Assembly: GCF_022669015.1 (NCBI RefSeq)
Contig: NZ_JAKKSL010000001.1
Coordinates: 600,059-664,058, forward strand
From: Colwellia maritima
GTDB taxonomy: Bacteria > Pseudomonadota > Gammaproteobacteria > Enterobacterales > Alteromonadaceae
DNA: 64,000 nt
Direction: 5' to 3'
Below are positions 55,413-64,000 of this stretch, piece by piece. How positions within the stretch are numbered: position 1 is the stretch's first letter; every line of letters begins with the position of its first letter. A program made the position numbers and the translations under genes. A model generated the notes under the pieces. It searched no databases. It was not told the DNA's origin and was given only the letters and a program-made list of their open reading frames with translations.

Positions 55413-56412
55413 CCCAGATCTGCTTAAGCAACGACCACAGAGTTTAGCTCTACATCACTGATATTAAGGGATGGCTTATCTTTCTTTAAGCAATAAGCCA
55501 CTAATCCCGCGAGTAAATTGAGCATAAAACCATTAACACTACGATGTCTTGAGTGTTCGATGAACGAAATATTCTTTAATTGGTCATTTATGGTCTCAAT
55601 AATAAATCGTTTTGAAAGCATGGCTCTATCCCATAATGACATCGCTTTTGCTTTCATATTCTTCCTAACAGTGGTGATCAGTGTCACACCTTTATCAAAC
55701 AAATCGGCCGCTAAAGCTTTACTTAAATATCCTTTATCACCATATAATTTATCTGGTAAATGTTCTGCTAACTCACTAACTGGTTGAGTATCATGAACAT
55801 TGCCACTAGTCACTTTAGCTGCCACTATTTCACCGAGGTGGTTTACTACTAAATGGAGTTTGAAGCCATAGAACCACCCCATAGTACCTTTACCTCGTTG
55901 GGCAACACCTTTGAATGTTTTATGTCTTGGAATACGAATATTGTGACAGACTTTTATTGATGTTGAATCAATAAATTCAATGCCTGTAGGCTTTCCTTTA
56001 AGTGTTGAAAAGTAAGCACACATTGGCGCAATAATCCGGGGCATGACCGCTAGGAAACGTGTATAACTCAGTAAGTTTGGAAAGGCGTCTTTATAAAAAG
56101 CGGATACATGGCCGAGGTAATAATTTTTAAAATCACGATAATGTGACATGTGAAAACCAACCACTATTGTCATAACTTCACTGGTGGTCATTTGCCCTGT
56201 TCGTTGACGTTTTTTGGTTCCGTCTTCCAGTAATTGTTTTTGCCATTGCGGAATAAATATTTTGCAAAAGTCATCGACATCGCAATACAATTCAACTAAA
56301 TTCTTCATGCCTGTTCCTTGTGTGATTGAATGTTTTTTGGTCGAAAGATCTGATCACGGAACAGGCAATTAGTTCAATTTTCTTAAACAAGATTCAGGTT
56401 AATATAAAACGT
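55413..56412 (-). mobile_element. IS982-family insertion sequence (~1.0 kb) with imperfect terminal inverted repeats
   Basis: It contains the IS982-type transposase. The ends read TATAACCCCAGATCTGCTTAAGCAA and TTTCTTAAACAAGATTCAGGTTAATA (roughly 20-bp imperfect IRs). The boundaries are approximate. Confidence 0.55.
55424..56308 (-). CDS. IS982 family DDE transposase
   Basis: 294 aa. ...IDSTSIKVCHN.R...KGTMGWFYGFKLHLVVN..GEIV is typical of IS982 transposases. Confidence 0.85.
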   Translation of the reverse strand: MKNLVELYCDVDDFCKIFIPQWQKQLLEDGTKKRQRTGQMTTSEVMTIVVGFHMSHYRDFKNYYLGHVSAFYKDAFPNLLSYTRFLAVMPRIIAPMCAYFSTLKGKPTGIEFIDSTSIKVCHNIRIPRHKTFKGVAQRGKGTMGWFYGFKLHLVVNHLGEIVAAKVTSGNVHDTQPVSELAEHLPDKLYGDKGYLSKALAADLFDKGVTLITTVRKNMKAKAMSLWDRAMLSKRFIIETINDQLKNISFIEHSRHRSVNGFMLNLLAGLVAYCLKKDKPSLNISDVELNSVVVA

Positions 56413-56531
56413 AATTAGCTGATTAATACTGAAACATTTTGTAGCAATAGCCTATTGAAAAAAAATGTCGATCGGTATTGGAAAATTTGAACAATTAAAT
56501 TAGAATGAACGTTCATACTTAATAAAAGAGA

Positions 56532-57689
56532 TTGGTTTATATGCAACGTACTCGCGTGAATATTTTTACTGTCATCGTTTTGGCAAGCGCAGTTTTTTTA
56601 TCTGGTTGCGATCAAAATCAGCAGGTAAAAGCCCCTGCTTCGCAACCTACCCCCGTTGGTGTTATTACATTAACGAATCAACCATTAATGCTAACAAAGG
56701 AGCTGCCAGGTCGAGTGACAGCATCACAGGTAGCGCAAATTCGTCCACAAGTGAATGGCATTATAAAAACTCGCTTATTTACTGAAGGTACTGAGGTTAA
56801 AAAGGGCCAAGCGTTATATCAAATTGCCTCTGAGGTTTTCGAAGCACAAATAGCAACTAGCGAAGCTGCTATAGCTAAAGCCCAAGCGAGTATTGCTAAT
56901 GCCAAAGCAAAAGCAGAACGTTATGCTGATTTATTAGCAATAAAAGCCGTTAGTCAACAAGACTTTGATGAAGCGAATGCCAATTATAAAAGTACACAAG
57001 CGGATTTGTTAACAGCAAAAGCACAGCTTAAAACCGCACAAATCAACCTTAACTACAGTAAGGTTGTGTCGCCTATTAGTGGTCAAATTGGCAAGTCTAG
57101 CGTAACAGCGGGGGCTTTAGTAAATGCAAATCAAGCAACCGCATTAGCAACGGTTACTCAGCTTGATCCTATTTATATTGACCTAACCCAGTCGAGCAGT
57201 GAATTAACGCGTTTGAAAAAAGCCATTGCGAATGGTGAGCCGGATAAGGATCTAGCAATTCACTCTGCTGTTGAATTAACGATGGAAGACGGTTCTGCGT
57301 ATCCGCATAAAGGCACATTACAGTTTTCTGAAGTGACTGTTGATCCAAGTACTGGCTCTGTTACCTTGCGAGCCGAATTTCCAAACCCAGAAAATCTATT
57401 ACTGCCAGGCATGTATGTTAGGGCTGTGATTGTTGAGGGGGTTAAAGCGAATGCGATTTTAGTGCCGCAGCGAGGTGTTAGTCGCAATACGAAAGGTGAA
57501 CCTACTGCTATGGTGGTTAGTAAAAACAATACCGTTGAAGCTCGTGTATTAGAAATTGACCGAACAGTGGGTGCTAATTGGTTGGTGACAAGTGGTTTAA
57601 ACGATGGCGATCAAGTGATTGTTGAAGGTTTACAAAAAATAGCACCAGGTGCAACTGTTAATGCTGTGCTTGACCGAATCAATTGCTAA
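56532..57689 (+). CDS. RND efflux periplasmic adaptor (AcrA/MexA family)
   Basis: Lipobox LSGC, then coiled-coil hairpin, lipoyl and beta-barrel domains. Confidence 0.85.
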   Translation: MVYMQRTRVNIFTVIVLASAVFLSGCDQNQQVKAPASQPTPVGVITLTNQPLMLTKELPGRVTASQVAQIRPQVNGIIKTRLFTEGTEVKKGQALYQIASEVFEAQIATSEAAIAKAQASIANAKAKAERYADLLAIKAVSQQDFDEANANYKSTQADLLTAKAQLKTAQINLNYSKVVSPISGQIGKSSVTAGALVNANQATALATVTQLDPIYIDLTQSSSELTRLKKAIANGEPDKDLAIHSAVELTMEDGSAYPHKGTLQFSEVTVDPSTGSVTLRAEFPNPENLLLPGMYVRAVIVEGVKANAILVPQRGVSRNTKGEPTAMVVSKNNTVEARVLEIDRTVGANWLVTSGLNDGDQVIVEGLQKIAPGATVNAVLDRINC

Positions 57690-57711
57690 AATTCAATAAC
57701 GGAGCATTGTA

Positions 57712-60700
57712 ATGTCACGATTTTTTATCGACCGACCTATTTTTGCATGGGTACTGGCCATTGTGGTTATGCTAGCAGGAATACTGGCAATTAAAGGTTT
57801 ACCTATTGCTCAGTATCCGTCTATTGCACCACCAAAGAATCAGTATTCAAGCGACTTATCCTGGTGCATCAGCACGTACCTTAGAAGACACTGTTACACA
57901 AGTTATTGAGCAAAAAATGAAAGGGTTAGATGGCTTGTTGTATATGTCATCAACGTCTGAATCAAATGGTTCAACCACGTTAACGCTGACTTTTAATGCC
58001 GATACCGATCCAGATATTGCGCAAGTTCAAGTACAAAATAAACTAGCATTAGCAACGCCATTATTACCTCTAGAAGTACAGCGCCAAGGTGTGGCTGTGG
58101 CTAAATCAGCACGTAACTTTTTAATGGTTGTTGGTTTTGTTTCAGAAAATGGCAGCATGAATAATATCGACATTGGTGATTATGTTGCATCCAATGTGCA
58201 AGATATCATCTCACGGGTGAATGGCGTAGGTGAAGTACAATTATTTGGTTCGCAATATGCGATGCGTATTTGGTTAGATCCAAATATGCTGCAAAAATAT
58301 AAACTGACACCTTCCGATATTAGCGCCTCTATTAGTGCGCAAAATGCTCAAGTGTCGGCAGGCCGGCTAGGTGCTTTACCTGCTATTGATGGTCAACAGC
58401 TCAATGCGACAGTCACTGCGCAAAGTCGTTTACAAACGCCTGAGCAATTTAGAGATATTTTTGTGAAAACGAATGCAGACGGTTCAGTTGTTCGCTTAGG
58501 TGATGTTGCAAAAGTTGAGCTTGGCGGTGAAAGCTATGGGGTTGTGGCACGCTATAATGGCAAACCGGCGTCAGGTTTAGGTATCAAGCTTGCCAGTGGA
58601 GCAAACGCGCTAGATACCGCTCTTTGGGGTAAAAGCAGCTTTAGTTGAATTAGAGCCTTTTTTTCCTGAGGGATTAGCCTCGGTTGTACCTTATGACACG
58701 ACACCATTTGTCTCATTATCCATTGAAAAAGTAGTAAGCACTTTAATTGAAGCGGTCGTGTTAGTATTTTTAGTCATGTATTTATTTTTACAAAATTTCC
58801 GTGCAACGCTAATTCCTACTATTGCAGTACCTGTGGTACTTTTAGGTACGTTTGCTGTATTGCATGTTTTGGGTTATTCAATTAATACTTTAACTATGTT
58901 TGCTATGGTATTAGCCATTGGTTTGTTAGTTGATGATGCAATCGTTGTGGTTGAAAATGTTGAACGTGTAATGACAGAGGAAAAACTGTCACCGCTTGAG
59001 GCAACACGTAAGTCGATGGATGAGATCAAGGGTGCACTAGTTGGTATTGCTATGGTGTTGTCGGCGGTATTTATACCTATGGCGTTCTTTGCCGGCTCTA
59101 CTGGTGTTATTTATCGTCAGTTTTCTGTGACCTTAGTAACCGCGATGAGTTTGTCTGTTTTAGTGGCACTTATTTTAACGCCGGCATTGTGTGCAACAAT
59201 GTTAAAGCCAAGTCATGTTCATAATGATTCATCATTTATTGGTCGATTTTTTATAGGTTTTAACAACGGCTTTGATAAGACCAATAGCGGTGCTCAAAGT
59301 TTTGTAAGCCGTATGATCAAACACAGTAAACGTTATTTATTGTGTTATGGCTTAATCGTTGGTGGCATGATTTATATATTCTCACAACTGCCATCTGCAT
59401 TCTTACCAGACGAAGACCAAGGTATTTTATTTAACCAAGTGAGTTTACCTGCAGGATCTACGACAGAACAGACATTAAAGGTTGTTAAGAAAATGGAAAA
59501 GCATTTCTTAGAAGATCAATCTGAAGCGGTACGATCTGTTTTTAGTGTTATTGGGTTTAGTTTCGCAGGCTCTGGGCAAAATTCAGCTATTGGTTTTGTC
59601 GGATTAAAGCACTGGGATGAACGTCAACGTGATGATTTATCTGTAGGTGCGGTTGCGGGTAAAGCGATGGGATATTTTTCTACTATTAAAGAAGCTTTTG
59701 TATTTGCCTTTCCACCCCCTGCTGTTGTAGAACTTGGTACAGCTAATGGTTTCACATTATTTTTGCAAGACCGTGTAGGGTGGGTCACGACAAACTACTT
59801 CAGGCTCGTAATATGCTACTAGGCATGGCTTCACAAAGTCCTGTATTAGGCGGCGTTCGTCCTAATGGCCAAGAGGATAAACCAGAACTTGAATTAGATA
59901 TTGATTTAGCTAAAGCGCAAGCGTTGGGTCTGACACAAGAAGACATTAATAATACCTTGTCTACTGCATGGGGTAGTAGCTATGTAAATGACTTTATCGA
60001 CCGTGGTCGAGTGAAAAAAGTGTACTTACAAGGTACGCCTGAGTCTCGTATGGTGCCAGAAGACTTAGATAAGTGGTATGTACGTAATAGTAATGGCGAT
60101 ATGGTGCCGTTTACTGCCTTTGCTCACTCTTATTGGACTTATGGCTCGCCACGTCTTGAACGCTATAACAGTTTTTCATCAATGGAAATTCAAGGAGCAT
60201 CAGCGCCAGGTTACAGTACGGGTCAAGCGATGGATGAAATGGAAAAAGGTTGGTTAAGCAGTTACCTAATGGAATTTCCTATGAATGGACAGGTATTTCG
60301 TATGAAGAGCGTTTAAGTGGTGGCCAAGCACCATTGTTATATGCGTTATCGTTATTAGTGGTGTTTTTATGTTTAGCAGCATTGTATGAAAGTTGGTCGG
60401 TGCCGGCAGCAGTAATGATGATTGTACCTTTAGGTGTTTTCGGCGCGGCAATGGCAGCCTTTGTCGGGAATTTATCGAACGATATTTATCTACAAGTTGG
60501 CCTTTTAACTACCATAGGTTTGGCATCTAAAAATGCTATTTTAATTGTTGAATTTGCCATTCATAAAATGGATGAAGGTATGCCATTAGTTGAATCAGCC
60601 ATTGCTGCTGTTAAGTTACGCTTACGCCCGATTTTGATGACTTCGATGGCCTTTATTTGTGGTGTATTACCGTTGGCTATTGCATCAAGTCTTGGATCTG

Positions 60701-60840
60701 GTGCACAAAATGCGCTAGGTATTTCAGTGATTGGTGGCACACTTGCTTCGTCAATTATTGTGGTGGTATTTGTGCCATTATTTTTTGTATTAGTACGTCG
60801 TGTTTTCCCCGGTAAACATAAAACTGTGACGCAGGAGTAA
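57712..60840 (+). pseudogene. RND multidrug efflux pump (AcrB/MexB family), split by at least 4 frameshifts into 5 ORFs
   Basis: [18 protein letters not shown]-terminus and conserved AcrB blocks are spread across ORFs 57712, 57806, 58758, 59780 and 60250. The total span of about 1,042 aa matches AcrB. Confidence 0.85.
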
Positions 60841-60845
60841 TCAAA

Positions 60846-62255
60846 ATGACATTAAAAGTGTTAAGTTTAGCTAGCCTAAGTGTCATGATGCTGAGTGCTT
60901 GTCAAATGGCACCACAGCGTGAAGATTTAGTGTTACCAGTACCTGATAGTTATGCCATACAGAGTGAACAAGGAAACACAGCGGATTTAAAATGGCAGCA
61001 GTTTTTTGTTAATGAAAAACTGCAAAAGCTAATCGAGCAAACTTTGATTCATAATAAAGATATTCAATTGGCCGCACTTAATGTGCAGCAAGTGCGTGCG
61101 CTTTATCAAATTGAAGACTCGGCCTTATATCCATCAATAGATTTTGCAGCATCGGGTACACGTCAACGCTTACCGGCTGATTTATCGTCAACGGGTAATG
61201 CTCAAATCAACGAGAGTTATTCGGCTACAGTTGGAATGACGGCATATGAGCTAGATTTATGGGGTAAAATTCGTAATCAATCAGATCAAGCCTTGCAAAC
61301 CTTGTATGCCTCTGAACAAACTCAAATGAGTGTGAAAATTAGTTTAATTTCTGAATTGGCAAGTGCTTGGTTAAATTACGCTGCTGATAAAGCGCAGTTA
61401 GCACTTGTGATGCAAACCTTAGAAAGTCAGCAGGCTTCATTGGCTTTAACCGAAAAAACCTATGCTCTTGGTGCTGCATCAAAGTTAACGTTAGCGCAAA
61501 TTCAAAGCACAGTGGCCGCTGCAAAAGTTGATATAGCTAATTATCAACGTTTATTAAAACGTGATAAAAATGCCCTTGATTTATTAGTGGGTAAGCCAGT
61601 TTCAGCGGAGCTATTGCCCGTTGAAAGTTTAGATGAAGTGTTAAACCTACCTAATGTGCCTGTTGGATTACCGTCAGAGCTACTTGAGCAACGTCCTGAT
61701 ATTAAAGCGGCAGAGTTTCGTTTGTTAGCTGCCAATGCGAATATTGGTGTGGCTAAAGCTGCATTTTTTCCAAGTATTACTTTGACTGCAAATGCAGGAA
61801 CTGCATCGGCTGAGTTTGATAATTTGTTTTCAGGCGGGACTGGCACATGGAGTTTTATTCCGTCAATTACAATACCTATATTTAATATGGGTCGTAATCA
61901 AGCAAATTTAGAGGTTACACAAACCAAACAAGAAGTTGCCTTAACAACTTATGAGCATGTTATTCAACAGGCGTTTAAAGAGGTTTCTGATGCGCTTGTT
62001 GATAGAGAAGGTTATAGGCAGCGATTAAGTGCGCTTGAAGATTTATATCGAAGCAATCAAGAGTCGTTTGCGCTCTCTGAAGCGCGCTTTGAAAAAGGGG
62101 TTGACAGCTATTTGCAGGTACTAGATGCACAACGTAATTGGTATAGTGTTGGGCAACAACTCATTAGTGGTAAACAAGCTTATATCACTAGCCTAATTAG
62201 TTTATATAAAGCAGTTGGCGGTGGTTGGCAACAACCTATTCATCAAAGTGAATAG
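60846..62255 (+). CDS. RND efflux outer-membrane factor lipoprotein (OprM/NodT family)
   Basis: Lipobox LSAC. Two OEP repeats. Confidence 0.85.
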   Translation: MTLKVLSLASLSVMMLSACQMAPQREDLVLPVPDSYAIQSEQGNTADLKWQQFFVNEKLQKLIEQTLIHNKDIQLAALNVQQVRALYQIEDSALYPSIDFAASGTRQRLPADLSSTGNAQINESYSATVGMTAYELDLWGKIRNQSDQALQTLYASEQTQMSVKISLISELASAWLNYAADKAQLALVMQTLESQQASLALTEKTYALGAASKLTLAQIQSTVAAAKVDIANYQRLLKRDKNALDLLVGKPVSAELLPVESLDEVLNLPNVPVGLPSELLEQRPDIKAAEFRLLAANANIGVAKAAFFPSITLTANAGTASAEFDNLFSGGTGTWSFIPSITIPIFNMGRNQANLEVTQTKQEVALTTYEHVIQQAFKEVSDALVDREGYRQRLSALEDLYRSNQESFALSEARFEKGVDSYLQVLDAQRNWYSVGQQLISGKQAYITSLISLYKAVGGGWQQPIHQSE

Positions 62256-62342
62256 CTATTAGGTTATGACATTAGTAGTGTATCACTAGCTTAAGTTCTT
62301 TGATTTAACACATAAGATCAGAAGTTAAAATTTGGTAAGCTA

Positions 62343-63026
62343 GTGATAATATTTAGGTTCAATAGAAAAGTTATCCTTTTCGGAGTTATGATGAGAGAGA
62401 AATCTAAAAGACAATCAGATCCAACGGTTGCTCAAGCTCGACGTGAGCAAGTGCTTTGTGCTGCGGCCGATTGTTTTAGACGCAAAGGATACCATGGCGC
62501 AGGAATGGCTGAAATCTCTAGAACGGCAGGAATGAGTGCGGGACATATTTATAATTATTTTGCCAGTAAAGAAGCAATAATTGAGTCAATTATAAAACGT
62601 GATATGGATGAATTATTTACGATATTTCAAGAGTTCGAAAATACCCCCGGTGATTTGGTAACTGTTTTACTTGACGGTTTAGATGAAGGCGTTGATCATC
62701 ATTTTGATATAAACCAAGGTGCGCTTGATATAGAAATGCTTGCAGAGGCAGCACGTAATGACAAGGTTGCTACTTTGTTACGCGAATCAGATATTCAGGC
62801 TCGTCAAAAAATGTACAGTTTGTTAGTTGGTGAACGTAGCTTAATTAAAATGGCTGAAATAAAAGAAATAAATAGCCGTATTGAAGTCATTTTTGCGATG
62901 ATGAGCGGGTTGTTACTACGCAAAATAGTTAATCCAAGCATTGATAAAGAAACAATATTATTAGCATTGCGCCCTGCAATGCGGGTACTTTTAGTGCCAT
63001 TTCCTAGTGAAGAAGAAATAGAATAG
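62343..63026 (+). CDS. TetR family regulator (likely repressor of the adjacent efflux operon and/or the FAS-like genes)
   Basis: HTH ...FRRKGYHGAGMAEISRTAGMSAGHIYNYFASKE. Palindromes TAGTGTATCACTA and CTAGTGATA lie upstream. Confidence 0.8.
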   Translation: MIIFRFNRKVILFGVMMREKSKRQSDPTVAQARREQVLCAAADCFRRKGYHGAGMAEISRTAGMSAGHIYNYFASKEAIIESIIKRDMDELFTIFQEFENTPGDLVTVLLDGLDEGVDHHFDINQGALDIEMLAEAARNDKVATLLRESDIQARQKMYSLLVGERSLIKMAEIKEINSRIEVIFAMMSGLLLRKIVNPSIDKETILLALRPAMRVLLVPFPSEEEIE

Positions 63027-63211
63027 GTAAGTTCTTCTAGCCCATCGATAATATCTGCTCTGGTTTAATAGCGTAGTGTCAGATCTATCATTTATGCTCA
63101 GCTAACGTCATTATGTCCGACGTTAGTGGCAAAATTTACAATTTTATTTAAGAAAAACACTATTTAGTTGAATTGCCTTGGGGGCTTAGGTAGAATTCGC
63201 ACCATTCATAC

Positions 63212-63979
63212 TTGCAATGTACTCGCATCTCATTCTCATCAAGGACAGCCTCTGTGGAAATTCATATTGAAAAATGTTCTGCTTGGTGTGGTAATTTACG
63301 CACAAGTCAAGACTGGCAGCAGTGGGCATTAGGTGAAATGCAGTATAAAGATGAAGATGACTTACCCGGGCTTAAAGAAATTCCTGCGATGCAACGTCGG
63401 CGTTTGAGTAAATTTGCAAAATTAACAATGCAGTGTGTACTTGAAACGCTTGCCGATGAAAAAGAGACGCTACCTTGCGTTTTTTCATCTAGGCATGGTG
63501 ATTTACATAAAACATCAAAACTAATCGAAGATGTTGCTAAAAAGAGTGATTTATCTCCAACACATTTTGGTTTGTCTGTTCATAATGCTGTGGCGGGGCT
63601 TTATAGTATTTTTTCTAATAATAAACAACCAATGACGGCTACCTCTGCCGGTGAAGACTCATTATTAATGGCACTTGTCGATGGTTATGCAAAATTAGAA
63701 AGCCGGCAATTGGATAAAATTTTAGTAGTTTATACCGATGAAATAGTACCAGAAAAATATAGTTCTTATGTCTCTGATGCAGAAAAAACAATGTCAGTTG
63801 CTTTACTTTTGACACGACAAAAAAGTGAGTACGTTTTTACTCTGAACTTTAAACCGCAAAAAAATAAGATTAGCTCAAGTATTTTTCAACCATTAGTTTT
63901 TTTATCGTTTCTATACGGTACAGAGTCGCAAGTTGCCATTGACTCTTCTCGTTATCAGTGGCACTTGAGTAAGGTATGA
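63212..63979 (+). CDS. KS N-terminal-domain protein without the catalytic Cys (second chain-length-factor-like paralog)
   Basis: AMQRRRLSKFAKL...FGLSVHNAVAGLYSI is colinear with the ketosynthase N-domain. It is a paralog of 54045..54656. Confidence 0.5.
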   Translation: MQCTRISFSSRTASVEIHIEKCSAWCGNLRTSQDWQQWALGEMQYKDEDDLPGLKEIPAMQRRRLSKFAKLTMQCVLETLADEKETLPCVFSSRHGDLHKTSKLIEDVAKKSDLSPTHFGLSVHNAVAGLYSIFSNNKQPMTATSAGEDSLLMALVDGYAKLESRQLDKILVVYTDEIVPEKYSSYVSDAEKTMSVALLLTRQKSEYVFTLNFKPQKNKISSSIFQPLVFLSFLYGTESQVAIDSSRYQWHLSKV

Positions 63980-64000
63980 TCAATCGCTATTGGCGTATTT

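Noticed and set aside
55388-56420. Exact IS982 boundaries and target-site duplication
   Set aside because: Only imperfect roughly 20-bp terminal repeats could be aligned by eye and no clear flanking direct repeat was found. The coordinates are given as approximate.

Overview
This is a 64-kb chromosomal window from an AT-rich marine gammaproteobacterium, Alteromonadales-like (Colwellia/Thalassotalea/Pseudoalteromonas-type codon usage). The gene order is partly syntenic with E. coli: pepD | slmA–coaBC | radC | rpmB–rpmG | mutM | coaD | kdkA–waaA. After that come kbl–tdh–glpE–glpG, an OmpA-like protein, ubiC–ubiA, a DctS/DctR-like two-component system next to a TRAP transporter (dctPQM), and several TetR regulators with oxidoreductases. 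Then a yqiJ/yqiK-like NfeD–flotillin pair is followed by about 5.1 kb of same-strand ORF fragments that look like one roughly 1,700-aa protein carrying a MoxR/dynein-type AAA+ module. A GNAT–nitrilase fusion follows, then a low-GC two-gene insert, plsB, a GGDEF protein, and a NYN protein. The window ends with a small type-II FAS/PKS-like cluster (ABC exporter, ACP, KS, CLF-like, PPTase) cut by an IS982 copy, then an MFP–RND–OMF efflux operon with its TetR.

I found no rRNA, tRNA or CRISPR genes. A striking global feature is that more than 20 genes, including essential ones such as coaD, plsB, kbl, tdh and ubiA, are split by apparent frameshifts. This points to indel errors in the assembly rather than real gene decay, so I report full gene spans and flag the frameshifts.

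The strongest candidate for an undescribed system is the AT-rich pair at 40753–43669. It is a 730-aa ABC/SMC-type ATPase with a degenerate P-loop, translationally coupled to a 243-aa HEPN-like protein. It has the architecture of an abortive-infection or anti-phage module, but I do not recognise it as any named family. The second candidate is the NfeD–flotillin–giant AAA+ ATPase locus.
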